IMG/VR virus record: IMGVR_UViG_3300032233_002382
Span: 128,001-192,000 of that record
DNA: 64,000 nucleotides
Source of the DNA: a virus
Lineage: Duplodnaviria > Caudoviricetes
Direction: 5' to 3' (one strand)
Part shown: positions 1 to 8,824 of the stretch, piece after piece
How the letters are laid out: every line of letters begins with the position of its first letter
Position numbering within the stretch: the first letter of the stretch is position 1
Notes under the pieces: generated by a model
The model's database searches: none
Told to the model about the DNA's origin: nothing
The model's input: only the letters and a program-made list of their open reading frames with translations
Made by a program: the position numbers and the translations under genes

Positions 1-540
1 TGTGCCTCGAAGTATGAGGGTAGCACGGTTTCCAAGCCAGAGTTGTGCTGCAACAAGTTAGGTGATGCGGATCAGACTGTAGCTGCCATCATCATGACCT
101 ACCCGGTCAAGGATGGTATGCAGGTAGACGAAGAGCTTCTTGCAGCTCGTAAGTACGTGAATTTCTACATCTGGAAGATGAGCGCCAAGAAGTTCCGCAA
201 GGTCGAGGACGCCTACAAGGAAGCGCGAGGTGATGATAAGTACACCATCGACCTCCTGGTTACGCTGGATGGCGACCCGAAGTACCAGAAGCAGCAGATC
301 GCAGCTGGTTCGAACGCGGTGTGGGCCAAGGGTAAGCTCGATGCTGAGGCTCGTGCTTGGGTACTCGATCAGGGTCTTCGTAACTGGAAGCACGTCTCGA
401 ATAGCCTTGGCTTCGAGATGAAGATGGACAAGCTGGCGGAGAAGCTCGGAATGGGCGGTGCTTCTTCTGCTGCTTTGATGGGTGACTCTGGTGCGGAGAC
501 CCCAAAGCTCATTAGCTCGTACGACGATCTTATCAGCTAA
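1..540 (+). CDS. Probable single-stranded DNA-binding protein, 5' truncated by window edge
   Basis: Frame 1 is open from base 1 (CASKYEG...ELCCNKLG). Flexible tail ends SYDDLIS. Sits directly upstream of ruvC-recA and has strongly biased codons. Function inferred from context only. Confidence 0.45.
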   Translation, partial: CASKYEGSTVSKPELCCNKLGDADQTVAAIIMTYPVKDGMQVDEELLAARKYVNFYIWKMSAKKFRKVEDAYKEARGDDKYTIDLLVTLDGDPKYQKQQIAAGSNAVWAKGKLDAEARAWVLDQGLRNWKHVSNSLGFEMKMDKLAEKLGMGGASSAALMGDSGAETPKLISSYDDLIS

Positions 541-556
541 GTCTGGCTAATTCGGA

Positions 557-586
557 ATGTGGCCTGGTTTAACCGCCAGGCCACAT
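557..586 (+). terminator. Intergenic stem-loop (terminator or processing site), no U-tract
   Basis: ATGTGGCCTGG (557-567) / CCAGGCCACAT (576-586), perfect 11-bp stem. Confidence 0.55.
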
Positions 587-602
587 CTGTATTCGGAGTA
601 CT

Positions 603-1334
603 ATGCGCACACTTGGTCTTGATCCGAGCTTGTCCGCTTACGGGTGGGCTATCCATGATAGTGATGCCACCGGAATGCAAAGAAGGGTAGCTTCCGGTCA
701 TGAAGGAACGCTTCCTTCCGCCGTTCCGGTAGCAAGATTCATGCACTATAGAGCACTGGTGGAAAGGCTTCTTCTTGAATACCAGCCTGATGTAGTCGGC
801 ATTGAGTCTCCTGCATATGATGCAGGACCGTTTCAAACCATCCACTTCGGATTGATGATGTTTAGTATGGAGAGCATATTCAAGCGGCGTAAAGATTTAG
901 TGTTATTTGATCCAGCAACGCTTAAAGGGCTTGCTAGATTCGGTCTAAAAAACAAGATAGGGATGATATCGAAACAGGATATGCAGCGTTTTGTTCAGTT
1001 AGATACTTTGGATACAAACATTATCGACAATAATGAGGCCGATGCATACTGTGTGGCATATTTTTCTGCGAGGTTTATGGGCGTGATCAACGGTTCGATA
1101 AATCCTGAAGACCTGACCCAGTCAGAGTTGAACACTTTCCTACTTAGAAAGAAGAACGTGAAAACTGTAAGGGGTAAGAAAATCAAGATGGTATCACATG
1201 CATTTAGAGAGAATTCTAGGTATTTCCGGTTTAGTGCAGTGCCTGAGGGCGAAGTAAACTTACCTAACAAAGCGAGCGTAAATCCCGACCTGATCGAGTA
1301 TCTTGAGGCTTTAGAACCTAACATCAAGCTCTGA
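603..1334 (+). CDS. ruvC: RuvC-like Holliday junction resolvase
   Basis: LGLDPSL (Asp1), VVGIESP (Glu), NNEADAYCVA (C-terminal acidic pair); GGAG SD upstream. Confidence 0.85.
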   Translation: MRTLGLDPSLSAYGWAIHDSDATGMQRRVASGHEGTLPSAVPVARFMHYRALVERLLLEYQPDVVGIESPAYDAGPFQTIHFGLMMFSMESIFKRRKDLVLFDPATLKGLARFGLKNKIGMISKQDMQRFVQLDTLDTNIIDNNEADAYCVAYFSARFMGVINGSINPEDLTQSELNTFLLRKKNVKTVRGKKIKMVSHAFRENSRYFRFSAVPEGEVNLPNKASVNPDLIEYLEALEPNIKL

Positions 1335-1345
1335 CATTTATAAGT

Positions 1346-1352
1346 GTAAAAT
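1346..1352 (+). promoter_or_regulatory. Putative -10 promoter element for recA (GTAAAAT)
   Basis: AAGTG-TAAAAT, purine 6 nt downstream (A1358), then GGGAG SD. Confidence 0.55.
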
Positions 1353-1371
1353 ATTCTAGAGGGAGAACACA

Positions 1372-2700
1372 ATGGCCAAAGCTCAACCAGTCGCGAAGTT
1401 ACACCCTAAGCTTGCTAGATTTATGGCAGGAATGGAAAAGAAATCCGGCATTGATATGCAGGATATTGTTGTTACTCCATCGCTTAAGATGGAACATATT
1501 AACACGGGTTCGACAGTATTAAACATGCTTATTGGCGGCTCTCGGGTTGGAGACGGTTCCTTCCTGTGCCCAGGATATCCTAGAGGCAAAATTATCGAAA
1601 TCTACGGTCGTGAGTCGAGCGGCAAATCCACAATAGCGTTGATGGCGGCCGGTCAGGCTGTTGCATCTAACGGTGGAACTGGAAGCGTGCTTTATGTGGA
1701 TCTTGAGCACGCTGTTGTAGATGCGTATGCATTGAAGCTTGGCGTTGACTTTCGGCCTATAGAGCTTGGCGGTAACGGTCAAGCTATCCGCGTTGCACCC
1801 CACATCTTCGAAGAGACTGAGGCTCTTGTTAACGGGGCTGCCCTGAACGGAGTCGATCTGATCGTGGTTGACTCGGTTGCTGGTCTTGTGTCGCGACGTG
1901 AGGCCTCAAGAGATCTCACCAATGAGAAAGAAAAGCAGGGCGTCGCTGAAATCCCGCGCTTGATGAGCGCTTGGATGCCTAAGCTACAGGCCATTATTGC
2001 AAAGACAGGCACCACCGTTATATTCCTTAACCAGACTCGAGACAAAATCGGAGCTATGGGATATACGGAAGAAGCTCTGAAGAGCACCACTGGTGGTAAC
2101 GCGCTCAAATTCTGGGCCTCTCTACGCATGATGCTAAAGCCTAAGCAATCGGCGAAAGCGAAGGTGTTTAATCCGATCATTAAGGAGTATGAGGAAGTCC
2201 CCGTAGCTACCGACGTTGAAGTCAAAAACATAAAGAATAAGATTGATGCCCGCCAGGGACATACTGGTCTCATTACGATCCGTTATGGAGTCGGCATTGA
2301 TGAAATGCGGACGATGTTAAACGTGGCAGAAGCGTATAACATCGTGAAAATGAGCAAAAACGCTCGCAAGCAGGAGGTTTATACTTATAAATGTGCAGCT
2401 ACTGGTGATGTGATTGAAGCTATTGGGGTGGAGAAGTTCCGGGTTGCTATGCAGCGCAATTCTACTGCATTTGAAGAGATGATGAGCGCTTGCCGTGATC
2501 GTATCATTCAAGGATTCCGAGCTATTGACGACGAGCAGCTTGCCCAATTGGCTGAAGATGCGGTCACTAAGAAGATCGACGATGAAGATGAATATTTAGA
2601 CGACTCGTCTACTGCGTTGGTGAGTCCAAATGATATGGGACTTGACGATTCGGAAGAAGACTCCGATTCGAATGTCACTATTTCAGCCGACGACGTCTAA
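1372..2700 (+). CDS. recA: RecA-family recombinase with acidic C-terminal tail
   Basis: GYPRGKIIEIYGRESSGKST (Walker A), LIVVDSVA (Walker B), IFLNQTR, TTGGNALKF. Confidence 0.95.
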   Translation: MAKAQPVAKLHPKLARFMAGMEKKSGIDMQDIVVTPSLKMEHINTGSTVLNMLIGGSRVGDGSFLCPGYPRGKIIEIYGRESSGKSTIALMAAGQAVASNGGTGSVLYVDLEHAVVDAYALKLGVDFRPIELGGNGQAIRVAPHIFEETEALVNGAALNGVDLIVVDSVAGLVSRREASRDLTNEKEKQGVAEIPRLMSAWMPKLQAIIAKTGTTVIFLNQTRDKIGAMGYTEEALKSTTGGNALKFWASLRMMLKPKQSAKAKVFNPIIKEYEEVPVATDVEVKNIKNKIDARQGHTGLITIRYGVGIDEMRTMLNVAEAYNIVKMSKNARKQEVYTYKCAATGDVIEAIGVEKFRVAMQRNSTAFEEMMSACRDRIIQGFRAIDDEQLAQLAEDAVTKKIDDEDEYLDDSSTALVSPNDMGLDDSEEDSDSNVTISADDV

Positions 2701-2711
2701 GGAGGAAACCT

Positions 2712-4769
2712 ATGGAAAACGCTTACTGGTCTCTACCTGTTATAGGTCCGCTGCTTCGTTCGCTTAATGTACAAGACCGAGAAGGTCTAATGTCTCTAAA
2801 TATATCCGATCTCGTGACGCGCAATGGTGTGGGTCGCACCAAAATGATGGCGTTGGTTGACCTCATCAATGCCGAAAAGAAGCAAAAGGAAATCGCCGGA
2901 ATTTCGTCTGATCTATATACGCTGTGTAAACCCTACCTCCATCTACCTGCTAAGTCCTGTTTGGGAAGGCTGAACTCCCGGTTAGAATCTAAGATAGATG
3001 AATATAACCTTCATACTGTAGCTGATGTCATTCGTTGGATCGAAGCAGTGGATGTTAAAGATGAACTAAACTACGGCCATAAAACACATGAATGGGCTAA
3101 AACAAGACTCTCTGATCTGTCTCGGGTAGGTCCGAACGTGTTAGTATTCGGACAGAATACCAGTCCTCAAACCGCTGATGAATTCGTGGAGTTGTACTTC
3201 AAGAATATCGAGAATCCTGCTTATCTTTCGATATTTAAGGAGTATTTTGCAGATGACAAAACGCTGGATGAAATCGGAAAAACTCGGACTCCACCCGTTA
3301 CGCGCGAGAGAATTCGCCAGATTATGGACATTCAAGTCCGTAGAGATTCGGACGGATGGTCTCGAGTCGCAGCTGACATACTAGATGTCCTTACCAGAAA
3401 GCTCGATGCTCAAAACGGCGTAGTGACGGAGTCTGCAGCTTTAAGTCTTACTGGTGCGAAGTACACTTGGCAAATCGATTTGCTGTCAAAGATTGCTGGA
3501 AGAGAGTTACACTTCCCCCGTGGTCGGCGCGAGGGAATTGTGTGTATTTATAAATCAGATGAACTATCGGATCTATGTAGTGAACTTGGCGAAGCGATCG
3601 ATTCGATACTTGAAGAATCGAATGTGCTAGTCAATCTACAGGAAAAGCTCAAGGATTATGGATTCGAATATGGGGATGAATTTAAGAACATCCTTCCCAT
3701 CCTTGCGAACGTAGAAATTAATGGAGATAGAGTATATGATAGTCGTAAGAAGATAAACACTTCTTACGTTGAGACATTAAGATCATTCGGACGACCTGCG
3801 ACCGCGAGAGAAATCACGGAAAAGCTGTCGGAATCTGATTCTAGTATATCTAACAGGCTCCATACTACGATTACTCAGCTTCGTCGGTCGTCTGAAGTAT
3901 TTAAGACGGATGACCACAAGTTCGTCCACGAAGAACACCTCGGTTTCAGCGTTAAACAGCTTAAAGCACTTGCAGTGGAAGCCTGCAAGCTTGTACCTCG
4001 AAATGGTTCTGCTGTAAACGTACGCCGGTTACTTAAAGAGCTAAGCGCTAGTAACCAGATTCCTGCTTCTCTGAGCCCTTTTACCTTGCGTGATGCCATG
4101 ATGTTGGTTGGAGATGTTAGGAGCTGGAGAGCTGGTTGTGATGTCGCTTGGATCTGTGAGAATACTCATCGGCTTACAATCCCCGAGTACTTTGATGAGA
4201 TAGCGCCAACATTGGATCAGCCGTTTTCGATGAAGGATCTCGTAGACTCGGTTTGTAAGATCAGCGGCTATTTGCCTGAATCTGTTAAAATGCAGTTTCA
4301 TTCAAATGAGTCTACTGTTCATATTGGTTACAATCTCTACGTAGCAAGGTCGGCGATTGAACCGGACTCCGCAAAATTCGACCAGTTGGTCAACGTTGCC
4401 GCGTCGCACGTGCCTGCTGTCGGTGTCGTAACGGGTCATGAGTTAGCAGCGTCTTGTAAAGAGCTTAAGTTATTAGCTAAAAAGCATGGTCCTGGTTTAA
4501 TATGGGGTCTTGCTAAACTTCACAAGAATATCGTGGCACGTTCACGTGGGCTTTTGCTTTACTCAGCGGCACACCCCAATCTGTGGAGCGCCTTTAAATC
4601 CGACCCACGCTGGAAGCTGCCGTCGACTTTCACAAGTGACGATCTGAGAAAGTGTATCATAGGCGAATTCAAGATAAATACCTACAGCTATTCTTATTAT
4701 CTGTTAAAGGACGCAATGTCTACTAAGGAAGTATCACTTAATCATGCAGACATGTACACGTCAGCGTAA
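2712..4769 (+). CDS. Multidomain protein: two RNAP alpha-CTD-like HhH domains, sigma70 region-4 HTH and winged-helix-like segments
   Basis: LRSLNVQDREGLMSLNISDLVTRNGVGRTK and LNSRLESKIDEYNLHTVADV...NYGHKT resemble alphaCTD; TLDEIGK...VTRERIRQI is the sigma4 motif; PATAREITEKL is wHTH-like. Confidence 0.6.
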   Translation: MENAYWSLPVIGPLLRSLNVQDREGLMSLNISDLVTRNGVGRTKMMALVDLINAEKKQKEIAGISSDLYTLCKPYLHLPAKSCLGRLNSRLESKIDEYNLHTVADVIRWIEAVDVKDELNYGHKTHEWAKTRLSDLSRVGPNVLVFGQNTSPQTADEFVELYFKNIENPAYLSIFKEYFADDKTLDEIGKTRTPPVTRERIRQIMDIQVRRDSDGWSRVAADILDVLTRKLDAQNGVVTESAALSLTGAKYTWQIDLLSKIAGRELHFPRGRREGIVCIYKSDELSDLCSELGEAIDSILEESNVLVNLQEKLKDYGFEYGDEFKNILPILANVEINGDRVYDSRKKINTSYVETLRSFGRPATAREITEKLSESDSSISNRLHTTITQLRRSSEVFKTDDHKFVHEEHLGFSVKQLKALAVEACKLVPRNGSAVNVRRLLKELSASNQIPASLSPFTLRDAMMLVGDVRSWRAGCDVAWICENTHRLTIPEYFDEIAPTLDQPFSMKDLVDSVCKISGYLPESVKMQFHSNESTVHIGYNLYVARSAIEPDSAKFDQLVNVAASHVPAVGVVTGHELAASCKELKLLAKKHGPGLIWGLAKLHKNIVARSRGLLLYSAAHPNLWSAFKSDPRWKLPSTFTSDDLRKCIIGEFKINTYSYSYYLLKDAMSTKEVSLNHADMYTSA

Positions 4770-4803
4770 TGTGTAATCCCATTCGTTTATCGACGGGTGA
4801 CTC

Positions 4804-6072
4804 ATGAATCCTATTAAAGTTCAGATCCGTAACTTTCAAAGCATTGAGTCGATAGATTTCGAAATAAACGGGTTTACCTGCTTAGTAGGTAAGACAAATG
4901 TAGGCAAAAGCGCGATAGTGCGTGCTATCACTTCTGCCATACTCAATAATCCTGTGGTCGGAATGGTCAGGCACGATCGACCCCATGCATCTGTTCGACT
5001 CACATCAGACCATTATGATATTTTATGGGAAAAGGCTGAACGCGGTTTAAACCGCTATCATGTCAATGGGAAGATGTACGACAAAGTAGGAGGCAACCAA
5101 CTTAAGGAAATTGAAGACCTGGGCTTCAAATCCGTTAAAGTGGGAAGTGATGAAATACTCCCTTGGTATGCATCACAATTCTTTCCAATATTTCTGCTCG
5201 ATCGAACAGGTCCGCAGGTAACCGATTTTATATCGGATATTTCTCGACTAAATGTGATTCAGGATGCCATTGTACTGTCTAACAGGAGAAAGAAACGCAA
5301 GAATGACATTATTGGTCTGAAAGAAAAAGATCATTCAGAAGATTCTGCTAAACTGAAGAGGATCGTTTCGCTTGACGCGCTTTTGTTAATAGGCCAGGAT
5401 TTACAAGATCAGAAACAATCGATAGAATCATATGAGAGTTCAGTTCTTTCAGCATCACGTTTGCAAGAGCTGATTGCTGATGCTTCATCTTTATTGTCGA
5501 ATATCTCCGCTGTAGAAACAGTATCATTACCAGATGTTGATACTATTGACATCGAGCTTTATGCCAAAGCTTCGGACTTGTATACAGATCTGCAAAGCAA
5601 TGCTAAATCGATCAGTGTGATCAAACAGATATCTAAAATACCAATATCTGAAGAACCGATTGAATTTAAAGAATATGCGAAGATAAGATCATTACCTGAC
5701 ATATCCGATTTAGCTAATAAAGTGTCACAGCTCGAGTCGATTAACGCGGTGTCGATAATCGACCAAGATCTTTCTGATCATATTGATAAGCTCAAGTCGG
5801 CTGAATCAGTACATCAAAGCATTAATAAAAACAGGTCCTTCGTGGGCGGGATAAGCGAGATAGAATTCCCAATAAGCTCTGTACTGGATGAGTACTTGAA
5901 TTACCGATCCCTGGTTCAGCTCGCAAGTCATATGTCGACTATTGCCAAGGAAGCGCGATCAGACAAGATCAAAATAGCAGACATGGAAAACGAGCTTAAG
6001 GTCGTTGAGGCTGACTTGTCTTCGATACCAACCTGCAGTACTTGTAAGCAACCAGTTCAGCACGAGCACTAA
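4804..6072 (+). CDS. SbcC/Rad50/gp46-like ATPase, N-terminal half ending at the zinc hook
   Basis: IRNFQSI...LVGKTNVGKSAIVRA (Walker A), coiled coil, terminal CSTC; no ABC signature or Walker B. Confidence 0.8.
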   Translation: MNPIKVQIRNFQSIESIDFEINGFTCLVGKTNVGKSAIVRAITSAILNNPVVGMVRHDRPHASVRLTSDHYDILWEKAERGLNRYHVNGKMYDKVGGNQLKEIEDLGFKSVKVGSDEILPWYASQFFPIFLLDRTGPQVTDFISDISRLNVIQDAIVLSNRRKKRKNDIIGLKEKDHSEDSAKLKRIVSLDALLLIGQDLQDQKQSIESYESSVLSASRLQELIADASSLLSNISAVETVSLPDVDTIDIELYAKASDLYTDLQSNAKSISVIKQISKIPISEEPIEFKEYAKIRSLPDISDLANKVSQLESINAVSIIDQDLSDHIDKLKSAESVHQSINKNRSFVGGISEIEFPISSVLDEYLNYRSLVQLASHMSTIAKEARSDKIKIADMENELKVVEADLSSIPTCSTCKQPVQHEH

Positions 6073-6563
6073 CCTAAATGAACTCCGCACATTCTTCTGA
6101 GGTCATCCAGATGCTGAGTGTCTGTAAGGGCGATATTCTCACCTAGCACTCTCAAAGCCGTGTTGTCTCCCGATATTTCACAAAGCTGGCGCGCTTTAGC
6201 AATTAGCTCCAACTCCATATCTACTAGACATTTACATAGAGACGGTAAATCTGAAGCACAATTTAGAGAGACATTCGTTATATTTGGATCCACGCCCATT
6301 CCCATTAATTTCATCGCTAAATCGTATGCGTGTTCTCTTTCCTCTTCTGCATGCTCTTGCCAGTGATCCACTAAAGCGTCTCTCCATGGACCTGTAACTC
6401 GATCTGCAAAGCTTCTATATGCAATATCAATTTTGTACTTACACACCAAAAGGTCCATTATTGTGTTTGATACGATATTACTGTCAGCGCCGTACGCGCC
6501 TTCCAACTCTATAGTCAAAGCGATTTTCTTTGATATATCATTTAGGTTGGCCATACCATACAT
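6069..6563 (-). CDS. Ferritin-like (Bfr/DPSL-type) four-helix protein
   Basis: EEEREHAYDLA...GMG, MELE and DTQHLDD align with di-iron helix motifs. Confidence 0.75.
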   Translation of the reverse strand: MYGMANLNDISKKIALTIELEGAYGADSNIVSNTIMDLLVCKYKIDIAYRSFADRVTGPWRDALVDHWQEHAEEEREHAYDLAMKLMGMGVDPNITNVSLNCASDLPSLCKCLVDMELELIAKARQLCEISGDNTALRVLGENIALTDTQHLDDLRRMCGVHLG

Positions 6564-6577
6564 GTCTTATTAGAACC

Positions 6578-6584
6578 GTAGAGT
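6578..6584 (+). promoter_or_regulatory. Putative -10 element (GTAGAGT), leaderless start at 6590
   Basis: TAnnnT-N5-ATG, no SD; overlapped by GTACTCT on the minus strand. Confidence 0.55.
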
Positions 6585-6589
6585 ACGAT

Positions 6590-6883
6590 ATGAAACAGTT
6601 TAATTCCAAATATTTAGCTCAATACCCGTGGTTAATCTTACTAACATGTGAGTCCGTGGATTTAGAATCGGACATTAAAATAGCTGATTATAAGGATACA
6701 GAAGCTCTCTATCATCCGAAATATGACAGATTTATAGGATATTCATCTTCTGGCATTCTACTTTTCGGAAAAAAACCGATCATACTGAATGATGGTATAT
6801 ACTACATTGAGCACGACACCGATACTACGAAATTAGCAAAGGATGTGTCGCCCCTCCAGTGCATTCTAAGAACTATATCATAG
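6590..6883 (+). CDS. Hypothetical protein
   Basis: ORF track; ATG 6590 preferred because TTG 6530 overlaps the divergent gene. Confidence 0.6.
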   Translation: MKQFNSKYLAQYPWLILLTCESVDLESDIKIADYKDTEALYHPKYDRFIGYSSSGILLFGKKPIILNDGIYYIEHDTDTTKLAKDVSPLQCILRTIS

Positions 6884-7291
6884 ATTCTCTAAGCCTACTC
6901 GTTTCACGACATCAGATAATGTCTCCCCAGCAGTCCTTGATTTGTTGATCCGACTCACCAACTCGTCCAAAGGAATCATCACTACGCTGGCTGCATTCCG
7001 AACCAGGCTAAGACTTCGCTTAGTGTCAACTATATTTTCGGACGCGAGTTTTAAAATATTGTTGAACAGTTGTGTGCGGTACTTCTCTTCATCAGTTCTC
7101 CTGAACCTCACAATCTTACCGCTCTCGACCCCAAACCACCGGTCTTCTTGAAGTTCGAAACTCCGCTCATGACAATTGTCGGATACGGATTCGGGGGAAC
7201 GTAGGAATAAAACGCTTTTATCCTCTGTGATTGCCCAGGTAGGAATGTAATATTCGAATTCCGATTTCTGGTAAGCAGTAATTTTATACAT
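6878..7291 (-). CDS. Hypothetical protein
   Basis: ORF coupled to neighbours by short overlaps. Confidence 0.6.
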   Translation of the reverse strand: MYKITAYQKSEFEYYIPTWAITEDKSVLFLRSPESVSDNCHERSFELQEDRWFGVESGKIVRFRRTDEEKYRTQLFNNILKLASENIVDTKRSLSLVRNAASVVMIPLDELVSRINKSRTAGETLSDVVKRVGLENL

Positions 7292-7604
7292 GTTTAATAA
7301 TCTCTTTGATGATCACTGCAATGCAGGCGCACATGAATCCGGTAAATGCAAGCGTGATTAGTCCCGCCGCAAATATCATTATACCAAAGCTGAATTTAAG
7401 AAATCGATCCGCGAATGTGGGTTCATATAAGTATTTGTTCTGTTGCGCGTCGTACACCGACTGTTGATCAATAATCTCAGGCTCTTGCACCCTGTAGAAG
7501 TTATTCTGAACCGGAGCCGCAAACACCGGACGTGCATTACACTCTTCACACGCCTTAAAATTCGTAACACCTCCACACATCATACAATACATACCGTTAC
7601 TCAT
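7284..7604 (-). CDS. Hypothetical membrane protein with N-terminal Zn ribbon
   Basis: CMMC-x7-CEEC and a hydrophobic C-terminal segment (FSFGIMIFAAGLITLAFTGFMCACIAVII). Confidence 0.6.
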   Translation of the reverse strand: MSNGMYCMMCGGVTNFKACEECNARPVFAAPVQNNFYRVQEPEIIDQQSVYDAQQNKYLYEPTFADRFLKFSFGIMIFAAGLITLAFTGFMCACIAVIIKEIIKHV

Positions 7605-8142
7605 TGGAACCCCCTAAATGCTGGCAGCAGTATTTAATGGCACTCGATGTGTCTGAACCTTCAGGGACAGTCGGCAATACGCTATCGATCGAAGATTTCC
7701 GAAATCCTAAATTCCGCAAAATATGCTGAACAGCATCTAAGTTACACCGTATCACATCAGAGCGATTCTCTATCATAGGCGTTACGGATTTGCTGTGGAC
7801 TTCTGAGAATCCTAAAAGCGACTGAAATTCAGATAGATCATTAGCATTGAATTCGTTCGCCTCATGTCTGTTGTACGTTAACTGATCTCGATCGGGCGAT
7901 ACAATATCATGTAAGAATTCGAATATCGGTATTTCCAGTAGGTCAAATGAATGGTGTTCGGAGTTCCGATCAAACCATGCTATACACTTGCAGTACTCTG
8001 AGACATCCCTACCCTGGTCTAAGATATAATCGATTCTCGACTGGTCATACCGGTCTTCTGGACAGATCTTCACGAGTCTACATGAACCGCTAGGGGAGAC
8101 GAAAGAGAAAATGTACGTCTTAAGCAGGGGATTCATACCCAC
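7597..8142 (-). CDS. Hypothetical protein with RuvA C-terminal-domain-like tail
   Basis: DAVQHILRNLGFRKSSIDSVL...TSSAIKYCCQHL resembles RuvA domain III. Confidence 0.45.
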   Translation of the reverse strand: MGMNPLLKTYIFSFVSPSGSCRLVKICPEDRYDQSRIDYILDQGRDVSEYCKCIAWFDRNSEHHSFDLLEIPIFEFLHDIVSPDRDQLTYNRHEANEFNANDLSEFQSLLGFSEVHSKSVTPMIENRSDVIRCNLDAVQHILRNLGFRKSSIDSVLPTVPEGSDTSSAIKYCCQHLGGSNE

Positions 8143-8170
8143 AGAACAATTACATTCAGGAATTTCCGCC

Positions 8171-8785
8171 CTATAATGTGGTTAAAATTGATAATAGAAT
8201 TTGAGTATATCCTACTATTACGTTTATATCCTGCGGCGCATCAAACCCGTCTACAATCGCATACTGAGACGGATATGGGATGTGAACAAACAATGGTTTT
8301 GCTTTAATAAAGCCTTCGTAATATGCAGATAGCATTTCGTAATATAAGCTATTACAGGTGTGAGTACCAGCATGGTAGCTTATCGACGAAGGAATCGACT
8401 GAGATTGTAAGGAAGCCTGGATGTCTGCGACGTTTACCGGAGTTACAAAAGCCGGAGGCGCGTTTGGTCTAATTGTTCTATTATATACTGGGATTTTAGT
8501 ATTATCACCGATCGCTGAATCCTCAATGTTAAGAGCGAATTTCTCGAGTTTAAGACCTCGAGCTCTTTCGCTGGCTCCAAACATAATGAGGTATTCAGGG
8601 TTAAATGATTTTGTCGCCCTAATTAGCATCTGGGCGTTTTGACGGAAAATTTGAGGCAGAATTATAGCTTGTAATTCGACGTCCGTTTGCTTTATTTCGT
8701 TCGAAACAAATGTGGACACCAAGTCACCACTTGGTGTCCGCTTCAGATTGTAAATTGGCTCGAATCCGCTGATAAGTATTTTCAT
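8171..8785 (-). CDS. pcp: Pyroglutamyl-peptidase I (peptidase C15)
   Basis: ILISGFEP, LEKFALN (Glu), AGTHTCN (Cys), FVHIPY (His); ATG 8785 preferred. Confidence 0.88.
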   Translation of the reverse strand: MKILISGFEPIYNLKRTPSGDLVSTFVSNEIKQTDVELQAIILPQIFRQNAQMLIRATKSFNPEYLIMFGASERARGLKLEKFALNIEDSAIGDNTKIPVYNRTIRPNAPPAFVTPVNVADIQASLQSQSIPSSISYHAGTHTCNSLYYEMLSAYYEGFIKAKPLFVHIPYPSQYAIVDGFDAPQDINVIVGYTQILLSILTTL

Positions 8786-8802
8786 ATCGGGTCCAATCAA
8801 GT

Positions 8803-8809
8803 GTATACT
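8803..8809 (+). promoter_or_regulatory. Putative -10 element (GTATACT) for the HD-MazG-guaB-guaA operon
   Basis: AAGTG-TATACT; predicted +1 is A8815, the first base of the AGGAGA SD. Confidence 0.6.
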
Positions 8810-8824
8810 CCTGCAGGAGAAAAA

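Noticed and set aside
2712-4769. A true rpoA or primary sigma factor
   Set aside because: No alpha NTD and no sigma region 2; only the small DNA-contact domains are present
8687-8824. Longer ORF-track starts (8687, 22204, 6530, 25503, 40232)
   Set aside because: They overlap divergent genes or lack an SD; downstream ATGs have an SD or the promoter spacing and match the domain starts
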